Of a stretch of 32,000 nt of DNA, positions 1 through 6,640 are shown in pieces. The translations under genes were made by a program, and so were the position numbers. The stretch is from Nitrososphaerota archaeon. Its GTDB lineage: Archaea > Thermoproteota > Nitrososphaeria > Nitrososphaerales > Nitrosopumilaceae. How positions within the stretch are numbered: the stretch's first letter is position 1; every line of letters begins with the position of its first letter. Below the pieces are notes generated by a model, which saw only the letters and a program-made list of their open reading frames with translations, ran no database searches and had not been told where the DNA came from. The stretch is taken from assembly GCA_021325595.1 (NCBI GenBank), contig JAJPGX010000001.1:47491-79490 (forward strand). The letters are read 5' to 3'.

Positions 1-58
1 GATGTCATTGTTTACTGTTATCTAGAGAACAAATTACAATCTACATCATAAATGATCT

Positions 59-418
59 CTAGGTTGTCATTATTTTTAGCTGATCAGGCGTAGCTTGCAT
101 TATTTCCTTTTTGGTGTATTTTTTGTTTAGTTTCTTTTTTGTTAAAACAACACTCATTCCACTTGGTATTGATTTTTTCGAGCTTAAAAGATGAAGATAG
201 CTCTGTTTTTCTTCTTCAGTACAAAATACTATGGCATAGTTGCCAGATATCCATATTTCTTCAAATGCTTCTTCATTAACGCTCATCATGATACAATTTA
301 CGCTTTTTAATCTATAAAGAATTGCGACACATTGTTCAGTAACATAGTTATCTTGAGGGTATAATATTGGTCGCATCTTTTGTATATCTATATACGTAAA
401 GGCTACGTGAATAGACAA
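59..418 (-). CDS. hypothetical small protein, possible divergent member of the Roadblock/LC7-like paralog family
   Basis: 119-aa ORF with a TTG start at 418 (first in-frame ATG at 376). The TTG lies 31 nt from an inverted TTATTAAT box, the geometry expected for a leaderless archaeal mRNA. Segment EEIWISGNYAIVFCTEEEKQSYLHLLSSKKS aligns without gaps, but weakly, to KVQFMWEEREKVQTISFTINKNTVWLSIDKN of ORF 18520-18894. Confidence 0.5.
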   Translation of the reverse strand: MSIHVAFTYIDIQKMRPILYPQDNYVTEQCVAILYRLKSVNCIMMSVNEEAFEEIWISGNYAIVFCTEEEKQSYLHLLSSKKSIPSGMSVVLTKKKLNKKYTKKEIMQATPDQLKIMTT

Positions 419-431
419 TGTTCCATAGGAC

Positions 432-449
432 TTATTAATTGATTAATAA
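432..449. promoter_or_regulatory. palindromic double TATA-like element serving two divergent genes
   Basis: ttattaat-tg-attaataa is a perfect 8+8 inverted repeat. The plus-strand box spans -30..-23 of ATG 462. The minus-strand box spans -31..-24 of TTG 418. The whole divergent intergenic region is only 43 bp. Confidence 0.55.
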
Positions 450-461
450 ACCACGGAGTTA

Positions 462-1256
462 ATGGCAAAATCAAAACCAATTAACGTATTACTTGGTGTT
501 TTGACCCTAGTTGCTGTTCTAGCAATTGCTCCATCAGCATTTGCAGACTCTGCTGAGGTGGATATTGCCAAAGGTGCAGGTGCAAGTGCAAATGCAGATT
601 GTGTTAGCGCAAATAATTGCTTTAATCCAAATCCTGTAACTGTAGCACCTGGAACGGAAGTTGAATGGAAGAACACTGACACAGTGGGCCACACTGTAAC
701 AAGTGGTAAACCAACCGACAACGATGCAGGCAGTCTCTTTGACAGTAGCATCATAAAAGCTGGCGGTGATTTCAAATTCACATTCCAGAATCCTGGTACC
801 TTTGATTACTTTTGTCAAGTTCATCCTTGGATGACAGGTCAAGTAATAGTATCAACTAGTACTTCATCTACAACTAGTTCAAGCAGTACAATGTCAGGAA
901 ACATGTCCATGTCATCAGGTACAACTAGTACCACACCTAGTACAACATCCAACCAACAAGCAGCTCCAAGTGTTGCAGTAACTGATAACGTTACAGCGGC
1001 ATCCACAACAACCAGTACACCAAGTACAACAACCAGTACACCAAGTACAACAACCAGTACACCAAGTACAACAACCAGTACACCAAGTACAACAACAGAA
1101 TCAACAATCTCTTCATCTTCCAGCCAATCAAATACTGCTCCATCTAATACACAGTCTAGTATGAGCGGTGATCAAATGACTGGATGGGGAGTTGGAATTG
1201 CAGTAATTGCAATTATGAGTGGTATTGGTATCTGGTCAGCAGTCCGACGCAGATAA
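462..1256 (+). CDS. membrane-anchored type-1 blue copper protein (cupredoxin, plastocyanin/amicyanin-like)
   Basis: Signal peptide MAKSKPINVLLGVLTLVAVLAIAPSAFA/DS. Cupredoxin core with Cu ligand pattern GHTV (His) and YFCQVHPWM (Cys-x2-His-x2-Met). About 115 aa of Ser/Thr-rich linker follows, then a C-terminal TM helix ending RRR. Confidence 0.9.
   Translation: MAKSKPINVLLGVLTLVAVLAIAPSAFADSAEVDIAKGAGASANADCVSANNCFNPNPVTVAPGTEVEWKNTDTVGHTVTSGKPTDNDAGSLFDSSIIKAGGDFKFTFQNPGTFDYFCQVHPWMTGQVIVSTSTSSTTSSSSTMSGNMSMSSGTTSTTPSTTSNQQAAPSVAVTDNVTAASTTTSTPSTTTSTPSTTTSTPSTTTSTPSTTTESTISSSSSQSNTAPSNTQSSMSGDQMTGWGVGIAVIAIMSGIGIWSAVRRR
1005..1096 (+). repeat. 21-bp perfect tandem repeat (4 full copies plus an 8-nt partial) inside the cupredoxin linker
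   Basis: The unit acaacaaccagtacaccaagt occurs at 1005, 1026, 1047 and 1068 with no mismatch and encodes TTTSTPS x4. Degenerate older copies lie upstream (about 921-950). Confidence 0.95.
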
Positions 1257-1263
1257 AATATTA

Positions 1264-1282
1264 TCTTTTTTCTTTTTTATTT
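1264..1282 (+). terminator. oligo-T tract, candidate archaeal terminator after the cupredoxin gene
   Basis: tcttttttcttttttattt begins 8 nt after the stop codon. It is followed by a 7-bp hairpin, atttcaa(1279-1285)/ttgaaat(1294-1300), in the convergent gap. Confidence 0.4.
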
Positions 1283-1324
1283 CAACATGAGACTTGAAAT
1301 GATTCAAATTTTTCAAACAGAAGT

Positions 1325-1690
1325 TTAATCTTTAAATTTTTTTAGGATCTTTATTATTTTGGTAGCTATTGATTCTGCATCAGAATTTTTGTCTAGAGTA
1401 CATAAAACTATCCCATATTTCCCTAACGGAACTGTAATTCGCTTTGCCTTTTGATACTTTGCCATGGCATAAAGCAGTGTACCTAATGTCCTAATAGAAC
1501 GCCTACTAACCCACCTTAGGGCAGCATTTGCCAATGATTTTTCAATCTCCTCCTTGGTCTCAAAAACCCTTGTACCTCGTCTTGCCATGAAGAATGTGTC
1601 AGTTCTATGGGATATGGCTACAAGTTTTACATCCTTGTCACAGAGTAGTATTTTTTCGCAAATTTCGTTAATTTTGAATATTGATACCAT
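1325..1690 (-). CDS. Roadblock/LC7 (MglB-like)-type small protein, paralog A
   Basis: 121 aa. Alignable over its full length with ORFs 5048-5470 and 18520-18894. The shared block is LGTLLYAMAKYQKAKRITVPLGKYGIVLCTLDKNSD versus FGKINYTFTERDNLSMFSFPMNEFIVLVTSKSNIS versus LGKVQFMWEEREKVQTISFTINKNTVWLSIDKNVI. An AAATAAA box lies about 24-31 nt upstream of the ATG. Confidence 0.6.
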   Translation of the reverse strand: MVSIFKINEICEKILLCDKDVKLVAISHRTDTFFMARRGTRVFETKEEIEKSLANAALRWVSRRSIRTLGTLLYAMAKYQKAKRITVPLGKYGIVLCTLDKNSDAESIATKIIKILKKFKD

Positions 1691-1806
1691 ATAATGAAAG
1701 CCAATTTTGGCATGTTTATTTCTTTAATTGATTTTTTTTCACAAACAATTAGACAGTATTTTGGTTTTTGCTTAAATGATTAAAAAAGGGAAAAAATGTG
1801 TTGAAT

Positions 1807-2028
1807 TTATCTGGTTTTAATTGTGGTCCAGATGCCGACTCCACTCAAGGCAGCAGCAGTTCCCATTCCTACTATCCATCCTTCAATTTGGAGTGGGCCG
1901 TGAGGATTATTGGCGTCTGTATATGATACCTGTGCAAAAGCATGTGGAAATATGGCCACAATTGCAAGTAACACCAAAAGCCCAAGTATTGCGCTAGTTG
2001 GTTTTGTTTTAGAATCTAGTTTATTCAT
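1807..2028 (-). CDS. minimal secreted/anchored protein: signal peptide, 17-aa exposed segment and C-terminal anchor
   Basis: I prefer the ATG at 2028 (MNKLDSKTKPTSAILGLLVLLAIVAIFPHAFA/QV) over the ORF-track start at 2070. The C-terminal 25 aa EGWIVGMGTAAALSGVGIWTTIKTR match the cupredoxin C-terminus at 12 of 25 positions without gaps. Confidence 0.6.
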   Translation of the reverse strand: MNKLDSKTKPTSAILGLLVLLAIVAIFPHAFAQVSYTDANNPHGPLQIEGWIVGMGTAAALSGVGIWTTIKTR

Positions 2029-2171
2029 ATGTGATTTATGTATTTGACAAATAAAAAATTCGCTTAACATTGTTCAGTAACAATTTTTGATTTCTATTAT
2101 GTTTTGAACAGATAGTTTTGTATTGCAGTGTGTACTGAATTCTTTTATTTTATATTTGTAAAAAAGAAACC

Positions 2172-2438
2172 ATGGGTCTTGCATCTCAATTTGGATTGGA
2201 TCAGTCAAACAGCGTACAAAATTATTTGGATCCTTACTGTGTACAAATCTTGAACATCACAAGAGAGAATTTCAAATCAGCAACAGAAATTAGTGCTAAT
2301 TCTAGCCTCTCTCTTACTACCGTATATCGAAGAATCCATCTTTTACAAGAATGTGGTCTACTGGAAGTGATTGGCAAGATTCGTTCTGATGGACGAAAAT
2401 TCTTTCTTTATAAGAGTAAGGTAAGAGAACTATCCTAA
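2172..2438 (+). CDS. small winged-helix (ArsR/TrmB-like) DNA-binding protein
   Basis: 88 aa. SATEISANSSLSLTTVYRRIHLLQECGLLEVIGKIRSDGRKFFLY fits an HTH plus wing. A T-rich TATA-like block lies 20-29 nt upstream of the ATG. Confidence 0.65.
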   Translation: MGLASQFGLDQSNSVQNYLDPYCVQILNITRENFKSATEISANSSLSLTTVYRRIHLLQECGLLEVIGKIRSDGRKFFLYKSKVRELS

Positions 2439-2447
2439 AATTATCAT

Positions 2448-3029
2448 ATGCGTAGAAATCATCTAAATCTTAAAAACAGATACTGTATACCGTATGCATT
2501 GGACAGAAGATCTAAAAAAACATCAACTATTACTTTTAGGCTTGATGATGATACGATAAAGAGATTACGTTCTGAATCTCTCAGCAAACAAGTAAGTACA
2601 AATACATTGGTAAATCAGGCCCTTAGACGATTCTTAGACTGGGATTTGCACGAATCATCTGCAGGCTTTGTCTCACTAAGTAAACCTGTTTTTTTAAGAA
2701 TTTTTAACAATCTAAAACAAAAAGATGTAATTGATATTGCTTCACATCTTGGAAAAAGTGAAATTCAAAACATTGCGTTATTTATGAGGGGCAAAATGGA
2801 TCTCAAGTCCTTCTTGTCATGGTTTGAATTAAGAATGACCAATTCAAATGTGCATGTGAATCATGTTGAGGAAGATGACTTGCACAGGTATGTCATGAAA
2901 CATGATCTTGGAAAAAACTGGTCTCTTTATAACAAAACAATTTTAGAATTAATCTTTAAAGATGTCTTTCACAAAAAAATAGAGATCAACATAGATAAGA
3001 AAGTAATTTCGTTTGAAATACGCGAATAA
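2448..3029 (+). CDS. ribbon-helix-helix (CopG-like) regulator with ~140-aa C-terminal domain, paralog 1
   Basis: ITFRLDDDTIKRLRSESLSKQVSTNTLVNQALRRFL is RHH-like. It is collinear with ORF 5709-6311 across the whole length, including H-x6-HR[YF]V-x2-H-x2-G. Starts 9 nt after the preceding wHTH gene. Confidence 0.65.
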   Translation: MRRNHLNLKNRYCIPYALDRRSKKTSTITFRLDDDTIKRLRSESLSKQVSTNTLVNQALRRFLDWDLHESSAGFVSLSKPVFLRIFNNLKQKDVIDIASHLGKSEIQNIALFMRGKMDLKSFLSWFELRMTNSNVHVNHVEEDDLHRYVMKHDLGKNWSLYNKTILELIFKDVFHKKIEINIDKKVISFEIRE

Positions 3030-3108
3030 TATTCTGTTAGGTAAATATATTGTAATTTGGGCATGATTTGGAAAATCGCTTTAATAGTAGAATTCTACAC
3101 AAGCAAAT

Positions 3109-3531
3109 GTGGAAAACAAAATATTAATCGAATCTAACAATGAATCTAAAAATTCACTTGACAGGTTAGTTTCAGATTATATTTCAAAGAATATGGTCAA
3201 TAGTACAAGTAATCATATCACCAATAGAAAGTCCGACACTCAAACACGGAGATTACTATTATATCTATTTACTGGCACTAGGGGTAGTGCTAATCGACTA
3301 AGAATAATTTTGTTACTTTCAAATAGGCCATTTAACGCTCATCAAATCTCAAAAGAACTAGAATTGGACTATAATGCTATCCAATTTCATATGGGTGTAT
3401 TGGAAAAAAATAACCTAGTATCAAAAACTGGTCAGCGTTATGGTGCTATGTTTTTCCTATCTACTTTCTTAGAATATAACATGGATGCGTTCAACGAGAT
3501 TGTATCAAAATTTCAACCAGGTGAAACCTAA
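3109..3531 (+). CDS. ArsR-family winged-helix transcriptional regulator
   Basis: GTG start. NRLRIILLLSNRPFNAHQISKELELDYNAIQFHMGVLEKNNLVSKTGQRYGAMFFL is a typical ArsR/SmtB HTH plus wing. Confidence 0.75.
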   Translation: MENKILIESNNESKNSLDRLVSDYISKNMVNSTSNHITNRKSDTQTRRLLLYLFTGTRGSANRLRIILLLSNRPFNAHQISKELELDYNAIQFHMGVLEKNNLVSKTGQRYGAMFFLSTFLEYNMDAFNEIVSKFQPGET

Positions 3532-3534
3532 CTC

Positions 3535-3819
3535 ATGGAACCATTAATGACTGCAAGTACAATTGTTTCAGCCGCAAATATTGTAGTGCTTGGCGTACTA
3601 ATAGGCGTATTTACAAAAATCTATCTAAAAACAAAAGCACAACTGCCACTAGGAATGATCTTTTTTGCGTCATTATTGTCACTACACAACATAATTGGAG
3701 TTTATGCTTATTTTTCAATGACTGATCTCTATAGTGCTGCATTGTTGCCATATTTTCTTGCAATTCATGTAGCTGAATTTGCAGGAGTAATGGTATTACT
3801 CAAGATAACATTACAATAA
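3535..3819 (+). CDS. small 3-TM membrane protein, operonic with the ArsR-like gene
   Basis: 94 aa with three hydrophobic helices. The start is 3 nt after the ArsR-like stop codon. Confidence 0.65.
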   Translation: MEPLMTASTIVSAANIVVLGVLIGVFTKIYLKTKAQLPLGMIFFASLLSLHNIIGVYAYFSMTDLYSAALLPYFLAIHVAEFAGVMVLLKITLQ

Positions 3820-3867
3820 CAGGAAACCTAGAATAGTTTTAAATCTCGAGTGTTTTAGACCTATCAT

Positions 3868-4485
3868 ATGATCAACAGTATGGTACTAGGATTTCTCAAC
3901 TCTATATTGTTGCAGATCCCTGGGTTAAATCCTGGACCTTTGGGTTCTACAAATCCATTGATACAAGGTACTGTTGGATCGGTTTTTGGAATTGTTCTGA
4001 TTGCAATAGGTCTTAATCTTCTAAATGCAATTATAAGAAAAAAAATGGTAGATCAAGAAAAAATCAAGAGACTTCTAAAAGAAACACGTGCATGGCAAAA
4101 AGAAAGAATGGCTGCATTTCGTGCAAAAGACCAAGAAAAAATTGATCAGCTTAACAAAAAATCGGCATACATGAACAAGATGAATATGGAAGTAATGCAA
4201 TCAAACATGAGGCCCATGATGATCACATTTGTTCCATTCTTACTGGTATTCTATCTGGTTTTACCACATTTGTTCTCATATACGGTTGCACTGTCTCCAA
4301 TCCCGCTTGATATTATTCCAGGAAATTTCTTCCACCTTACATGTACTGCAGAAGATATAGCAAAACCCGAACATGTCTGTACACAGGCAAATCAGATGTA
4401 TTTGTGGTCTTGGTACTTTTTATCATCTGTAGCAGTAAGTGGAATAATAATGAGGGTTACTAAAACCTCGATGAGTGCAGATTAG
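3868..4485 (+). CDS. DUF106 / EMC3-TMCO1-like membrane protein (archaeal Oxa1-superfamily insertase candidate)
   Basis: TM1, then a basic coiled coil KKMVDQEKIKRLLKETRAWQKERMAAFRAKDQEKIDQLNKK, then a Met-rich segment MNKMNMEVMQSNMRPMMITFVPFLLVF and further TMs. This is the hallmark layout of the DUF106 family as I recall it. Confidence 0.6.
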   Translation: MINSMVLGFLNSILLQIPGLNPGPLGSTNPLIQGTVGSVFGIVLIAIGLNLLNAIIRKKMVDQEKIKRLLKETRAWQKERMAAFRAKDQEKIDQLNKKSAYMNKMNMEVMQSNMRPMMITFVPFLLVFYLVLPHLFSYTVALSPIPLDIIPGNFFHLTCTAEDIAKPEHVCTQANQMYLWSWYFLSSVAVSGIIMRVTKTSMSAD

Positions 4486-4535
4486 AGAGCTGTACACACT
4501 CAAAATTTAAATGAAAATCAATTCCTCATGACAAT

Positions 4536-4928
4536 GTGGACGATCCAGACTCGTGGTATGATGAAGGAAATTCCAAAATAAAAGAAGGCAACAATGAAGA
4601 CGCAATTCTTGCCTATGACAGAGCCACTGATCTTGATCCAGGTCACATAAGTGCATGGAACAACAAAGGGATTGCTCTGTCTAGATTAAAAAGATACGAA
4701 GAGGCAATTAGCTGCTATGACAAGATTTTAGAAATTGATCCTAATCATAGCAATGCTTGGCTTAACAAGGCAAATGCTTTGAGACACTTGGCACAATCAT
4801 ATCTGGATAAGGCAAACAACGATCGTACCGAGGCTGCAAAACTTATCAATAAAGCCCTAGGCCTATTTGATTCTGCTAACAGTTGTTATGATAAAGGCGA
4901 CACTTTAAAAAAACAAGCAAATCTGTAA
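4536..4928 (+). CDS. TPR repeat protein
   Basis: GTG start. About three TPR units: AILAYDRATDLDPGHISAWNNKG, EAISCYDKILEIDPNHSNAWLNKA. Confidence 0.8.
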   Translation: MDDPDSWYDEGNSKIKEGNNEDAILAYDRATDLDPGHISAWNNKGIALSRLKRYEEAISCYDKILEIDPNHSNAWLNKANALRHLAQSYLDKANNDRTEAAKLINKALGLFDSANSCYDKGDTLKKQANL

Positions 4929-5047
4929 CAGACTGAATTTGATCGAGCCCGAAAAAAATTTTGATAAAACATGTTTTCTGTTAATTAACTGTTGCTTAAC
5001 AAAGTACAACAATTCATTAAATAATGAGTATGACCATTATCATGTAG

Positions 5048-5470
5048 ATGAATTCAAGTATGGCAACGTATCCAGGAAATATTGATTTCGTGGAACTATG
5101 TGAAGATGTTTTGCGCAGCAATAAAAACATACGTGATGTAGTAATAATTGACAAGCACGGTAGACCTTTTGAAAAAAAGAGCAAGACCAACCTTATCCAC
5201 AAAGAAAAAAGTGAGATGCTGTTTATGGAGCGAGCATTAGAAATTTCTATGGGACGTGACTTTGATGATGATTTTGGAAAGATAAATTATACCTTTACCG
5301 AACGAGATAATCTATCCATGTTCTCGTTTCCCATGAATGAATTCATCGTTCTAGTTACAAGCAAATCCAATATTAGTCCAATATCTGTTGCGCGCAAAAT
5401 AAGCTCATTACTTAGATATTACAAAAATTTTAATAATGACAAACCATCAAAAATTGAAATTCAAATTTGA
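5048..5470 (+). CDS. Roadblock/LC7 (MglB-like)-type small protein, paralog B
   Basis: 140 aa. IRDVVIIDKHGRPF ... FGKINYTFTERDNLSMFSFPMNEFIVLVTSKSNISPISVARKISSLL follows the Roadblock pattern and aligns with paralogs A and C. Confidence 0.6.
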   Translation: MNSSMATYPGNIDFVELCEDVLRSNKNIRDVVIIDKHGRPFEKKSKTNLIHKEKSEMLFMERALEISMGRDFDDDFGKINYTFTERDNLSMFSFPMNEFIVLVTSKSNISPISVARKISSLLRYYKNFNNDKPSKIEIQI

Positions 5471-5522
5471 ATCTAGTATAAATTTCTAATCGAATTATTT
5501 TAAAATCAAAATCTAGGTGTAA

Positions 5523-5666
5523 TTAAGAAAGTGATTTAAACTTCTTAATTGCCTCTTTTGTCAGTCTTTCCTGTTCCTCTTTGGATATTTTCGTGGGATC
5601 ATCAGATGCCAAAGCCTCATTGTATTCCTTTTCTGTATTTGGCTTCATCTTTTTATTTTGCTCCAT
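5523..5666 (-). CDS. possible 47-aa hydrophilic mini-protein (not in ORF track)
   Basis: Hand translation of the minus strand gives MEQNKKMKPNTEKEYNEALASDDPTKISKEEQERLTKEAIKKFKSLS followed by a stop. It fills an otherwise empty 238-bp gap. There is no family evidence. Confidence 0.3.
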   Translation of the reverse strand: MEQNKKMKPNTEKEYNEALASDDPTKISKEEQERLTKEAIKKFKSLS

Positions 5667-5708
5667 GGTTGAATAGTGTGTTTATTGTAATTTATCTTTG
5701 TTGGGCTG

Positions 5709-6311
5709 TTATTTAACATCGTCAATTTTTGTTATGGATTCTTTTAGGATGCTTATCTGTTGATTGGTCAGTTCTTCTTCTGATTCTATGGTTCTCTTCA
5801 AGTCAATAGTTATCGAAAATATCTTGTCATTATAGTCTATGTTAGGCACAAAGCCTAATTGATTTATGGATGTGGAAAATAATCTGATAAGATAAATTGA
5901 AATCTTTATACCCATTCCATGAAGAACAACAAACCTGTGTTCTTTCTTGTTAACAGTATGTGAATATGGAAAATTTGTCAGTCTGAGCCAATCATCAATC
6001 ATATCTAGTGCAGAATTAATATCAAATTTTTTCTTGTGTCTTAAAACAGTAACCTTATTTTGAGCAAATGCCATATTTTTAGCAAGCATATCTATTTCTT
6101 CATGTGAAAATTTTTCTAAGAGTCTTAACAAAAAGGCTTTTCGTATTGGAATAAAATCATTATTAACGGTGCGCCAAGTCGCATATGTCTTGATTATACT
6201 TGAAGCAATTTCTGAAGATGATCTGTTTTCTTTTATGGCTTCAAGTTCTATCCTTTCCATAATATCTGGGTCGATGCTAATTGAGAGTCTTTTTCTTTTT
6301 ACTTGTCTCAT
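5709..6311 (-). CDS. ribbon-helix-helix (CopG-like) regulator with ~140-aa C-terminal domain, paralog 2
   Basis: LSISIDPDIMERIELEAIKENRSSSEIASSIIKTY is RHH-like and collinear with ORF 2448-3029. A TTATATAA box lies 22-29 nt upstream of the ATG. Confidence 0.65.
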   Translation of the reverse strand: MRQVKRKRLSISIDPDIMERIELEAIKENRSSSEIASSIIKTYATWRTVNNDFIPIRKAFLLRLLEKFSHEEIDMLAKNMAFAQNKVTVLRHKKKFDINSALDMIDDWLRLTNFPYSHTVNKKEHRFVVLHGMGIKISIYLIRLFSTSINQLGFVPNIDYNDKIFSITIDLKRTIESEEELTNQQISILKESITKIDDVK

Positions 6312-6640
6312 GTGAAACTGTTGAACAAAATATTATATAATGATGGTGGATTTTTAATCACTCGTACGGTACCAATTTGGCACTAATTGTTGCCCTGTGA
6401 TAAATCATGCGTATTCCTTATCTGTTTTATCAGGTAAAATTACTTGGTAGGCAGGAAGATCTCTTGTTGACCGTTAGCAGCAACATGATGTGAACCTGCT
6501 TACCGAATTATCTAGTACTTGAAACATTTGATACTAAAGCATTTCTAGCTACGCCAAAAGCAAATTTTGCAGAAACAAATTAGATCTTACTGATGAATTC
6601 TTCTTAAGTCTTATTAATTATCAATAAAGTTTCGTGATAA

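Noticed and set aside
443-842. ORFs 443-781(-) and 534-842(-) antisense to the cupredoxin gene
   Set aside because: They are shadow frames of a confidently identified cupredoxin. The translations are low-complexity with no motifs.
5017-5202. ORF 5017-5202(-)
   Set aside because: It overlaps the start of Roadblock-like paralog B on the opposite strand, and its hydrophobic sequence looks like junk.
6416-6429. 14-mer cttatctgttttat shared between 6416-6429 and 17111-17124
   Set aside because: A single AT-rich 14-mer match is expected by chance in 64 kb of two-strand sequence.
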